NCBI GenBank assembly: GCA_902617415.1
Contig: CACMWQ010000002.1
Coordinates: 98,884 to 162,883, forward strand
DNA from: an uncultured Pelagibacteraceae bacterium
GTDB taxonomy: Bacteria > Pseudomonadota > Alphaproteobacteria > Pelagibacterales > Pelagibacteraceae
DNA: 64,000 nucleotides
Direction: 5' to 3'
Made by a program: the position numbers and the translations under genes. Under the pieces are notes generated by a model that was not told the origin of the DNA, did not search any database, and saw only the letters and a list, made by a program, of their open reading frames with translations. Below are positions 46,340-54,396 of the stretch, piece after piece (the first letter of the stretch is position 1; each line of letters opens with the position of its first letter).

Positions 46340-46787
46340 CTGGTAGTAAGTCTCCTTCCACCCAGAGTAAATCTGCTTTAGCCCAATCGTCTACATCAAA
46401 TGATGGACAGAACTTATCTGAAAAATGATAGTGACCTTTTACTTGTGCCTCTGGATACGTCTCATGTAACTCGTCACATAATTTCTTTAAGCTTTCCCAT
46501 TGTGCTGGTTCAAAATTATCTTCTGCTTTTGTATGGTCTTCTTGTGTAACTCCACCTACCATACATATACCAATACTGTTATGGTTCTTACCTCTACAAT
46601 GTGCACCAACAGCATCAGTTGTTCTTCCATCTTCTATGACACCATTTCTTCTAATTATAAAATGGTAGCCGCAAGATAAAAACCCACGTTCTCTGTGCCA
46701 TCTATTTATTTCTTCAAAACCTATATCCATAGAAGGCTTAGTTGCTGAACAATGTATTATAAAATAGTCTGTTGATTTTCTGCTCAT
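46317..46787 (-). CDS. N-acetylmuramoyl-L-alanine amidase (T7 lysozyme gp3.5-like)
   Basis: STDYFIIHCSATK...WHRERGFLSCGYHFIIRRNG...GAHCRGKNHNSIGICMVGG parallels T7 lysozyme. The start is taken at MSRKSTDY; the track ORF starts at 46823. Confidence 0.9.
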   Translation of the reverse strand: MSRKSTDYFIIHCSATKPSMDIGFEEINRWHRERGFLSCGYHFIIRRNGVIEDGRTTDAVGAHCRGKNHNSIGICMVGGVTQEDHTKAEDNFEPAQWESLKKLCDELHETYPEAQVKGHYHFSDKFCPSFDVDDWAKADLLWVEGDLLPGDEGYTE

Positions 46788-47239
46788 AATTTTTTCTGTT
46801 GTTGATGTAATTCTTTTACCCATTCATCAGGTAACATTTTTCCTGTTGTGTATACGCAGTGATATTTAAATCCTTTTAGTTCACACCACTTTGCGTAAGT
46901 TGTTTTTGATTTTTTTCCTATCTTTGTTTTTGAATTACTAAATACAAATCTAATATCTAACTTAGGATGTTGTGCTTTTATTAATAAATGCTTCTTCCTA
47001 TCTGATGTTAAGAACTGACCTTTAGTTTCAAATATAATTTTAAAAGTATCTATCGCTGGACAATTAAAGTCTGGAGTATACTTAGATAATTTTTCTGGCT
47101 TGAGGTAGGAAACTTTATAATCTTCATAACCAAACTGTATCTTCTGTTTAATTAAAAAATTATTAAAGTCCTCCTCAAGCTTAGACTTAAATTTAGAAGT
47201 CGGTTTCTTTGGAAACTTCTTCCGAAATCTCTGTTTCAT
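46784..47239 (-). CDS. Endonuclease I / Holliday junction resolvase (T7 gp3-like)
   Basis: SKLEEDFNNFL...YTPDF...FETKG...DRKKHLLIKAQHPKLDIRFVFSNS parallels T7 endonuclease I. The start is ambiguous: Met codons lie at 47314, 47248 and 47239, all overlapping the SSB 3' end. Confidence 0.85.
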   Translation of the reverse strand: MKQRFRKKFPKKPTSKFKSKLEEDFNNFLIKQKIQFGYEDYKVSYLKPEKLSKYTPDFNCPAIDTFKIIFETKGQFLTSDRKKHLLIKAQHPKLDIRFVFSNSKTKIGKKSKTTYAKWCELKGFKYHCVYTTGKMLPDEWVKELHQQQKKL

Positions 47240-47846
47240 CCGACCCATTATTTTTTGAACTGCTATCTCCATGGACTTTATCAAATCCATTTGCTTCCGC
47301 AGTCTGACCACCACCCTCTACTAAATCTTTAACCTGAACAGATTTAAGTCTTAGTGATACTCCAGCTCCTAGAGCAGGTGTATACCAAGGATGTGGTTGA
47401 AAGCTTACTCGAAGAATAGAACCACCCCAGATAGTTATATCTGGACTAATAGGTTTTAATTCATTATCGAATAATGCTGGTCTTTGTTTGAAGGTATCAC
47501 CAGTTTTACCATTGGTACCACTGGCCTTCATTTTAAATTTAAAGATAACATTACCTTCTTCATCCGCAGAATGAGGTAATGGAGCTAACTTAATTTTCTT
47601 ATTAGTTTTCTCCTCTGCTTCTTTGACTGCTTTTAATTGGAATTTTTTTACCAATTTAATTAAGTCTTGAGCTTGAGTATCTTTTAAACTCAAATTAACT
47701 TTGTACTCACCTTCAGGCTTGAAACGTACATCACACTTAGACAAGTGTGGATATATGGCTTTACCAAAAGGAGAAGTATATGTTTGTGCTTTTTGCATTG
47801 ACCCTCCTAGGTCTTGGTTAATTGATTTGATGACGCTTCTGTTCAT
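47193..47846 (-). CDS. Single-stranded DNA-binding protein (T7 gp2.5-like)
   Basis: 217 aa. An OB-fold-like N-terminal region and an acidic C-terminal tail ending in Phe (EEVSKETDF), as in gp2.5. Synteny supports the call. Confidence 0.75.
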   Translation of the reverse strand: MNRSVIKSINQDLGGSMQKAQTYTSPFGKAIYPHLSKCDVRFKPEGEYKVNLSLKDTQAQDLIKLVKKFQLKAVKEAEEKTNKKIKLAPLPHSADEEGNVIFKFKMKASGTNGKTGDTFKQRPALFDNELKPISPDITIWGGSILRVSFQPHPWYTPALGAGVSLRLKSVQVKDLVEGGGQTAEANGFDKVHGDSSSKNNGSDETEISEEVSKETDF

Positions 47847-47857
47847 CTATAGTGTCC
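47845..47857 (-). promoter_or_regulatory. Candidate phage-RNAP promoter GGACACTATAGAT (position analogous to T7 phi2.5)
   Basis: The minus strand reads GATACTAGGACACTATAGATG. The ATG of the SSB gene starts directly after the TATAG. Confidence 0.5.
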
Positions 47858-47863
47858 TAGTAT

Positions 47864-47877
47864 CTACGCTAGCGTAG
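47864..47877. repeat. Perfect 14-bp palindrome CTACGCTAGCGTAG (candidate operator) abutting the SSB promoter motif
   Basis: The sequence is its own reverse complement. ACGCTAGCGTAGTCAAT (47866-47882) is identical to 16628-16644. Confidence 0.55.
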
Positions 47878-47881
47878 TCAA

Positions 47882-49615
47882 TTAGCTACAAAAATAATAA
47901 CTACCAAGGACATTCTTCAACTCCAGGCTTCCTTGCTCAGGTAATGCAGGTATTTTATGTCTTAAATGTTTAGGTATCTGATATTCAACTTCCTTAAGAA
48001 AATCCTCAAGTAAATTTTTTCCATCAAATATTTCTACAAATGCTTCACGCAATGCAATGTTCATTGTTGAAACATCTGTTGCTAAACATCCAAAGCTATC
48101 ATGCACACAAGCAAAGTTTTCTATATTGTAATCACTAGCTTTGCACACAGCCTTTTGTAATAAAGCACCATCAAGTGAATGCACAAAGTTTGGTGCAATA
48201 CTATTTGCTACTCTACGTTTATCTATTTTATTTGTCTCAACAGCTATAGATGTTTTTCTTATATCAGGTGTCCACTTACCAGTCTTAGGTCTAAATATTT
48301 TTTCACCCATATAAGTATTAACTCTTTTAGTTTCTAATACTGGACATACCATTTGCACTATAGCATTTGTTGGTGTTGTCCACACAACAGGTAAACCATT
48401 TTCAGAAATTAATTTAGATACATCTTGCAACCATTTCATTGCAACCTTTGCAGATTTAATAACTCTATCTAAAGCTTTCCATACTAACTTAGATAAGTAT
48501 GCAGTACCTTTAAATATATTAGGAACTCCAGGCTTAGGATTTCTGTCAGTAGAAAAAGGTATATCAACACCTTCTTCTTCCATTTCTTCTAAGTGTTCCT
48601 GGATATATTTTCTACAAGAGAATTGTGTAAGACCATATACAATACACATTGTAACTTTCTTACAGGTTTTTCTAGTAATACCATAGTCTAACCATATCTC
48701 TTTTAACAAACTATCTTCTTGTTCTTTTAATAGGTTTTCAGTTTCTACTGCAACTTCACCATACACATCAGCAACTCTATTACCTGGTACAAGATTAACT
48801 GCATTACCACCTACTTCATCTCTTAATAAACCAGAGAATATTTGTAGGCCTGAGTTAGTACAATCAGAATAACAAATAACATTAGTTACAAAATTAAGAG
48901 ACTTGCCTGATTTACAGAAGTCGTTCCATTCAAAACAGAATGCAAGAAACTGTACTGGTTCAGAACAATTAGCCCAAAATTCATAATGACTATGTGGGTC
49001 TTCTGCTGTTGCACATATAGCTTCTTCATTATCTACAACCCATTTAACTCTATTATCTAATGTATCTTTATCATGGCCATACATATTAGCTCCATGAATA
49101 GATAACTTTCTTACAGCTCCATAACCTTCAATTGGTTTACCATTAGCAAATAATAATAAACCTTTTGCTAAATCACATTCTTGATAGTTAAGTCCTTCAG
49201 GTACACAATATATTCTTTGTCTATTGTCATACTGTAATGGAAAATAAAACTCTAAAAAATTTTCATAAGTATCTGCAACAGAAAATATTTTTTCTATATG
49301 TAAAAACTTACTGTCAATTGTAGAGTTGTAATCATGGACTGACCTTTTTCTATGACTGTATTGTTTTCTTGCTTCTTCATTAGTAGCAATATCGTGTGGT
49401 TTAATTGGGAGCTCCAGCTTGTATGGCGGCAACCCTGCAATAGGTAACTTCTTATGATACAAAGTCTTCATTACCTGTAGCGTTCTTGTATTTATTTTAA
49501 ATGGAGTATTCTGTAATGTATTAATACACTTATAATACTCTGGCATTTCGTGTGCTCTGTTTGCCATTTCTTCTAGGTAAGCCCTAGTTGCTCTTTTGAC
49601 TATTGGATAGTTCAT
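47882..49615 (-). CDS. Single-subunit RNA polymerase, C-terminal fragment (thumb-palm-fingers; T7 RNAP residues about 299 to the end)
   Basis: 577 aa. YPIVKRATRAYL...MPEYYKCINTLQNTPFKIN aligns to T7 LALVRTHSKKAL...MPEVYKAINIAQNTAWKIN. DCTNSGLQIFSGLLRDEVGGNAVNL, ITRKTCKKVTMCIVYG and VHDSFG are catalytic blocks. It has its own GAGG SD 7 nt upstream of the ATG. Confidence 0.9.
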   Translation of the reverse strand: MNYPIVKRATRAYLEEMANRAHEMPEYYKCINTLQNTPFKINTRTLQVMKTLYHKKLPIAGLPPYKLELPIKPHDIATNEEARKQYSHRKRSVHDYNSTIDSKFLHIEKIFSVADTYENFLEFYFPLQYDNRQRIYCVPEGLNYQECDLAKGLLLFANGKPIEGYGAVRKLSIHGANMYGHDKDTLDNRVKWVVDNEEAICATAEDPHSHYEFWANCSEPVQFLAFCFEWNDFCKSGKSLNFVTNVICYSDCTNSGLQIFSGLLRDEVGGNAVNLVPGNRVADVYGEVAVETENLLKEQEDSLLKEIWLDYGITRKTCKKVTMCIVYGLTQFSCRKYIQEHLEEMEEEGVDIPFSTDRNPKPGVPNIFKGTAYLSKLVWKALDRVIKSAKVAMKWLQDVSKLISENGLPVVWTTPTNAIVQMVCPVLETKRVNTYMGEKIFRPKTGKWTPDIRKTSIAVETNKIDKRRVANSIAPNFVHSLDGALLQKAVCKASDYNIENFACVHDSFGCLATDVSTMNIALREAFVEIFDGKNLLEDFLKEVEYQIPKHLRHKIPALPEQGSLELKNVLGSYYFCS

Positions 49616-50591
49616 TATTTACCTCATTTGTTTGTGTTGATTGTTTAGTAGGTTCTCCTAAAGTGGCACCTAATTCAGCAGGTCTTAAATCCTTGATATA
49701 ATAACCACCAGAATATGGGTTCAGTTCCCATTCTTTCGGTTTAACAACCATAGGTTCTCTAAAAGGTTTTAAAATTTCTGCATGAATTTTTTTCTTCTCA
49801 ATCCAGTCAATAGTTTTTTGTGTAGCCTGGACATAGACAATTGACTTGCCTTTTACTGCATATTGTTTTGTGAGTTTTATAAAGCCAGTGGACTTGGCTA
49901 ATAGTTCAAGAAGTAGTTTACCAAGTTTAACCTTTTCTTCTTTAGACCAACCTGAGTATTCCAGGCTATGTTTATTCATAGCATAATTAAATACTCTACG
50001 TTTATGTCTGTAGTTATTCTTAGTCTTTAACCATTCTTTTGTTTGGGAATAAGTTCGATTATCTGTCTCTTTGAAATATAATAATCTAGCCTCATCTTCA
50101 ATTGCTGATGCTATTTTAAGCACAGCTTTTGTTTGTGTGGATGAAACAGTGATACTATCAAGCACAGCTTTTAATGTTATGAATGCTATACCTGACCACC
50201 TCTCTGAATTATCCTTATCTACTTCCTGAATAGGAATACACTTAGTTAATAACTTAGCTTCGCTTGCAAATCTTTTAGTATGACCATCAAATGCTTCTAT
50301 AAAATATTTATTTATAGCTTCACACATAGGCTCTAATCCTGACTGCATTAGTGCCTGACCATAGATAGTTGTACTTTCATTGGTCTCTCTTGGCTTACCA
50401 GTTTTCTCTGCAATTTTTGCTCTGGATTTGTATATATTTTTATGGAACCTTTTTATGCCACGTTTGATGTTGTTAAGTTCCAGTTGTTTTTCAGCCTCTA
50501 TTTTATTGTGTAGAGTTGAAGGCTTGTCGTGCACACTCTTGTCATTTTTAAGTATGCCAAATTTCTCTAGTATTGACTTATCTATTTCCAT
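49584..50591 (-). CDS. Single-subunit RNA polymerase, N-terminal-domain fragment
   Basis: 335 aa. PMVVKPKEWELNPYSGGYYIKDLRP aligns to T7 PMLIPPKPWTGITGGGYWANGRRP. A 31-aa hydrophilic tail without a T7 counterpart follows, then the stop. GAGG SD 4 nt upstream of the ATG. Confidence 0.85.
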   Translation of the reverse strand: MEIDKSILEKFGILKNDKSVHDKPSTLHNKIEAEKQLELNNIKRGIKRFHKNIYKSRAKIAEKTGKPRETNESTTIYGQALMQSGLEPMCEAINKYFIEAFDGHTKRFASEAKLLTKCIPIQEVDKDNSERWSGIAFITLKAVLDSITVSSTQTKAVLKIASAIEDEARLLYFKETDNRTYSQTKEWLKTKNNYRHKRRVFNYAMNKHSLEYSGWSKEEKVKLGKLLLELLAKSTGFIKLTKQYAVKGKSIVYVQATQKTIDWIEKKKIHAEILKPFREPMVVKPKEWELNPYSGGYYIKDLRPAELGATLGEPTKQSTQTNEVNNELSNSQKSN

Positions 50592-50628
50592 AGTACCTCA
50601 TTAATGTTTATTTTTTGTTCGTAGTTTC

Positions 50629-50646
50629 TGTGCACGCATGTGCACG
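50629..50646 (+). repeat. Two TGTGCACG repeats in the attR-side phage arm
   Basis: Copies at 50629-50636 and 50639-50646, spaced 10 bp. They belong to the same TGTGCA family as 12090-12125 and 17086-17099. Confidence 0.45.
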
Positions 50647-50651
50647 TCTAC

Positions 50652-50732
50652 TACGCCAGCGTAACGAACACATTTAATGTTCGCAACAGTTTAATTCGCT
50701 AGTAATGTAAGGTATTCTACTACGCTAGTGTA
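50652..50732. repeat. Two degenerate copies of the TACGCTAGCGTA palindrome upstream of the RNAP gene
   Basis: TACGCCAGCGTA at 50652-50663 and TACGCTAGTGTA at 50721-50732, each with one mismatch. A CGAACA/TGTTCG inverted repeat lies between them. Confidence 0.45.
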
Positions 50733-50764
50733 GATTTATCGGAGGCGTAGAATGTGTCGATAGT

Positions 50765-50803
50765 TTTTAAGTCCTTTGTGTCTACCAATTTCACCACGAG
50801 GGC
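50765..50803 (-). pseudogene. 5' 39 nt of tRNA-Leu(UAA) copy B; right prophage junction
   Basis: Identical (39 of 39) to 10011-10049 of copy A. It starts with the core TTTTAAGTC (50765-50773). The adjacent phage DNA has no T-arm or acceptor sequence. Confidence 0.9.
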
Positions 50804-50869
50804 ATGAGTTATTTTCATGAGTATTTATTCTAATATTTATGATTGAACAAGTTTAATAATTAATTTTTT

Positions 50870-52102
50870 TTATTTTATCCCCTCGGGTTCTAGTCTATTC
50901 CAATTTAGAAAATTTAAAATTATATTTTTATCAAAATCATGGAATTCAAGATTTTTTTTTATTATTAAGTTCTTAAACATAAATTTATCAAGTAAATTTT
51001 TGGAGATTTCATAGTTTTTATCCCAGTATAAATCTGAATAATACATATTTAGATTTTTTTTACTATTTACTATAATAAAATATAATGTATCAAAATCATA
51101 CTTATCTAAAAACATATTATCGTTATAATAAAAATATGTTGTCATCTTTGATGAAAAAAAATAACTTCTTAATGGTAAAACCCCATCAAAAGTAAGAACA
51201 TTATTAATTTCATCAAACAAGACACCATAAAAAAGTGCAGATATTGAACCACCAGATAAACCAGCTATTGTTACCTGATCATATTTTTTTTTTTGGAGAG
51301 CATTTTTTATCAGATAATAATTACCAGATAAGAATAAGCCTAGTGGATTTATATTATTAGCATGATTATCATATAATTTTAAAATATTATTGTTATTCAT
51401 GTCATAATCTTTATTTTGGTTTAATCCTTTAAATGAAATTTCATTTCTAAATTTTTTGTTTAAGCCACGATTAAATATGGATAAATACAGAACGTCGTAA
51501 TTATTTAGTTCATTTGTTAATAATTTGATTGACTTTTTTTCTTCAGGACTTGTTGGTTCATGGCCAGATATAAATATAATAAGATTTTTATTATTTTTTT
51601 TTTCAACAATTAAAGACTCGTGTTTAATCGTTTCATAACTTACTATTAATTTATTCTTAATTGTTTGTTTGCTTGTTAATTCTTCTTTTATTATAAAATT
51701 ATTTTTTATTTCTTTAATAATATTTTGTGAGTTATTCGAAGTATATTTCAGGGACTTTTTTAAATATTTTTCATAAGATTCTTTGTAATTTATATCTAGA
51801 TCAGTTAGAATTTTATCAAGATATTTGTTTCGATCATATTTTTCAAGAGACAACCGTTTTAAAGAGGTATTTTCCTTTTCTAAAATTTTAATGTTTAAAT
51901 TTTGATCTTTAATTATTGCCCATGGGAAAAAAATTTTTTTTAGGTAGCCTCCTTTTTTTTTATCAATTTTTTTTTCAATCCAATTATATATTTTAGATCT
52001 TTCATTACTCTCCTTAATATTAATATTATGATATATGAATAAGTAACTGCATAATCCTAAAAAAAAAAATATTATTATAAATAACAACCTTTTCTTTTTC
52101 AT
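50870..52102 (-). CDS. Membrane-anchored alpha/beta-hydrolase-like protein
   Basis: 410 aa. N-terminal hydrophobic helix and a GxSxG-type elbow (AGLSGGS). Extremely Asn/Lys-rich. Confidence 0.4.
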   Translation of the reverse strand: MKKKRLLFIIIFFFLGLCSYLFIYHNINIKESNERSKIYNWIEKKIDKKKGGYLKKIFFPWAIIKDQNLNIKILEKENTSLKRLSLEKYDRNKYLDKILTDLDINYKESYEKYLKKSLKYTSNNSQNIIKEIKNNFIIKEELTSKQTIKNKLIVSYETIKHESLIVEKKNNKNLIIFISGHEPTSPEEKKSIKLLTNELNNYDVLYLSIFNRGLNKKFRNEISFKGLNQNKDYDMNNNNILKLYDNHANNINPLGLFLSGNYYLIKNALQKKKYDQVTIAGLSGGSISALFYGVLFDEINNVLTFDGVLPLRSYFFSSKMTTYFYYNDNMFLDKYDFDTLYFIIVNSKKNLNMYYSDLYWDKNYEISKNLLDKFMFKNLIIKKNLEFHDFDKNIILNFLNWNRLEPEGIK

Positions 52103-53388
52103 AAATTATATTGATATTCTCTTGCTTTGATTATTTCTTCTTGTAAATTTAGTTCAACATCATCTAGAGTTATAAACTGATCTTTCATAATATCCTTTTT
52201 TAAAATAGCATTATCAGTATAACCCATGGGTAAAATCCTTTCTCGTTTTGATTTAGCTGAAGAAATTAATCTTCCTCTTGCACAATAACCACCCTCTCCA
52301 TCAAGTTTTTGTCCAGCTTTTAAATCCTTCTTTGCAATGCTAGCTATCTCAGCATTATAATTTTTTGTATAACCTGTCGCCTTTTTATCAAGCGCTATAG
52401 AATAAATTGATTGAGCTAATTCTAATCCAATATAATGATAAGGTCTCCAAATGGCTGAATAACTTCCTGAAGAATCTGTTACCATCCCATAATCTTTGAA
52501 GCAATTTTTTACGTAATCATTTTGAGCTTTAATAACAATGTATACTCCCCATCTAAGGTCATTAGGAATATCTTTTTTATCTGTATCAATACTTGAAATA
52601 ACCTCAACCTGGCCAGAATAATCTAATAAACCTCCCTCAGATTTTGGAATTAATTTTTTTGCAATATCGTAAACTCCTATTGGAGGATAAGTTAGTCCAC
52701 TATTTGGGCATTTTAAGTCTGTAGCATTACTGACAGCACACATTTCAATTGATGATTTATCCCCACATAAAAAACTATTAAACATTTTAGGATTCATGCC
52801 AGATTCATTTTCAGCTCTTTCTTTAGTTAAACCATAGTGTCCCCAAACAGTTTCTGGAGTTGAATATTCAAAAGATGGATGATATTTTGTGCCTTTTCCT
52901 GCACATATAACTTCAAAACCATTTAATTTTGCCCATTCAATTTGTTCTAAAATCAATGATGGCTGATCACCATAAGCCATTGAACAGATCACATTATTTT
53001 TCTTTGCTAAATCAGATAAATACTTTCCACATAAAACGTCTGCCTCAACATTAACCATTATTACATGCTTTTTATTTTCTATAATTTTCTTTGCATGTAA
53101 TGTGCCTGCTATAGGGTTGCCTGTAGCTTCAATAAATACATCAATTTCTCTGTTAAAAACTTCGTCTAAATTGTCTGTAAAATTAATTTTGTCTATAGTT
53201 TCATTAGATAATCCACTTTTTAGACAATTTTTTTTAGCTCTATCAATATCAAGTTCAACTATTGTGTCTAAAATAATTTTGTTTAATTGATTATATTGAG
53301 CAAGGAACATTGAAACAAATTTGCCACAACCAATAAAGGCAATGCTGATAGGTTTATCTAAATTTTGAAGTTTAGAATATAAATACAC
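52099..53388 (-). CDS. NAD(P)-binding oxidoreductase, COG4091-like (homoserine-dehydrogenase-like with SAF-type C-terminus)
   Basis: 429 aa. N-terminal Rossmann IAFIGCGKF. Overall resemblance to predicted homoserine dehydrogenase-like proteins, from memory only. Confidence 0.5.
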   Translation of the reverse strand: MYLYSKLQNLDKPISIAFIGCGKFVSMFLAQYNQLNKIILDTIVELDIDRAKKNCLKSGLSNETIDKINFTDNLDEVFNREIDVFIEATGNPIAGTLHAKKIIENKKHVIMVNVEADVLCGKYLSDLAKKNNVICSMAYGDQPSLILEQIEWAKLNGFEVICAGKGTKYHPSFEYSTPETVWGHYGLTKERAENESGMNPKMFNSFLCGDKSSIEMCAVSNATDLKCPNSGLTYPPIGVYDIAKKLIPKSEGGLLDYSGQVEVISSIDTDKKDIPNDLRWGVYIVIKAQNDYVKNCFKDYGMVTDSSGSYSAIWRPYHYIGLELAQSIYSIALDKKATGYTKNYNAEIASIAKKDLKAGQKLDGEGGYCARGRLISSAKSKRERILPMGYTDNAILKKDIMKDQFITLDDVELNLQEEIIKAREYQYNL

Positions 53389-53392
53389 ATAT

Positions 53393-53710
53393 CTATTTTA
53401 ATAAAAAAAAAATAATAAACCAATAAGATAATAGTCCAGAAATAATAGTAGCAATTATATTTCTTGAGTAAAATCCAACAACTAAAGCAACAATTGCACC
53501 ATAAATTTTTGGATCCGTGATTTCAACCAATGAACCAAAATCATTAAAAAAAACTCCTGGAAATATTATTGCTGGAAATACAGCTGCAGGGACGTAATTA
53601 AGAACCTCTTTGACTTTGGTTCCAAGCATTTCTCTATCAATTAAAGCTACCATAGCCATCCTAGAAAAATAAGTTACAATTCCAGATACTATAATTGAAA
53701 ACCAGGTCAT
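53393..53710 (-). CDS. azlD: Branched-chain amino acid transport protein AzlD-like
   Basis: 105 aa and hydrophobic. It overlaps the upstream AzlC-like gene by 4 nt, the typical azlCD pairing. Confidence 0.65.
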   Translation of the reverse strand: MTWFSIIVSGIVTYFSRMAMVALIDREMLGTKVKEVLNYVPAAVFPAIIFPGVFFNDFGSLVEITDPKIYGAIVALVVGFYSRNIIATIISGLLSYWFIIFFLLK

Positions 53711-54393
53711 TTTTTCAGCCTCAGCATTATAAAAGCTGAAATTAAAGCAACAATTGGAGATAATATTATGTAAGATTTGAATGGAGCATCAAATAATATT
53801 AGTGAAGCAAATCCAGATACCAACATCACAAAAACATGATCTAATTTTCTTAAATCATTTACAATAATCGCTAAAAAAGTGAGAGGGATCGCAAATTTTA
53901 AACCCAATTCTTCAGGAATAAATGAGCCCAATATTATTCCACTAATTGTAGATAATTGCCAAAAAAACCAAAGTGTTATCCCTGTACCAAGTACATAATA
54001 ATGTGGATTGGATAAATTTTTATTCTGTCTTAAATACTTATTAGATTCTGCAAAACCTTGGTCTACAATAAAATAAGATATAAATAATTTTTTTATAAAA
54101 CTTAGTTTTTCAAGATACTCAGATAAAACAGCTCCATATAATAAATGTCTAGAATTAATTACTCCGACTGATGTAATGGCTACTAAAGATGAGGCTCCAC
54201 CTGACAAGAGTTGCATAAATATTATCTGTGAAGCGCCACCAAAAATAATCAAGGAAGTTGCGTAAACTAAAATTGGATCAAAACCTAATTCAACACCAAT
54301 AGCTCCAGTTATAATTCCAAAAGGAATTACTGATAACATATGAGGTAAAACAGCAACTATACCTTTAAAAAATATTTTTGATTTTGAAAGCAT
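53707..54393 (-). CDS. azlC: Branched-chain amino acid permease AzlC-like
   Basis: 228 aa polytopic membrane protein paired with the azlD-like gene. Confidence 0.65.
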   Translation of the reverse strand: MLSKSKIFFKGIVAVLPHMLSVIPFGIITGAIGVELGFDPILVYATSLIIFGGASQIIFMQLLSGGASSLVAITSVGVINSRHLLYGAVLSEYLEKLSFIKKLFISYFIVDQGFAESNKYLRQNKNLSNPHYYVLGTGITLWFFWQLSTISGIILGSFIPEELGLKFAIPLTFLAIIVNDLRKLDHVFVMLVSGFASLILFDAPFKSYIILSPIVALISAFIMLRLKK

Positions 54394-54396
54394 TAA

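Larger units (their letters stand above)
12022..50773 (-). mobile_element. Integrated T7-like temperate podovirus (prophage), bounded by 9-bp direct repeats TTTTAAGTC
   Basis: An integrase sits at one end and RNAP at the other. A full T7-type replication, structural and packaging gene set is collinear on the minus strand. The flanks are the two halves of one tRNA-Leu gene. Composition is visibly more G+C-rich than the host flanks. Confidence 0.93.

Noticed and set aside
49584-49615. Reading the RNAP split as a simple frameshift pseudogene
   Set aside because: It is not fully excluded. It is disfavoured because the downstream ORF has an in-frame stop two codons before its ATG plus a GAGG SD. 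No homologous residues are missing, and the upstream ORF carries an extra 31-aa tail rather than a truncated alignment. It is kept as a finding with this caveat.
51284-51603. A/T homopolymer runs of 10-11 nt inside the alpha/beta-hydrolase-like gene as possible phase-variation tracts
   Set aside because: They encode Lys runs in frame in an extremely AT-rich gene, and similar runs occur throughout the host DNA. Nothing indicates slippage-based switching.
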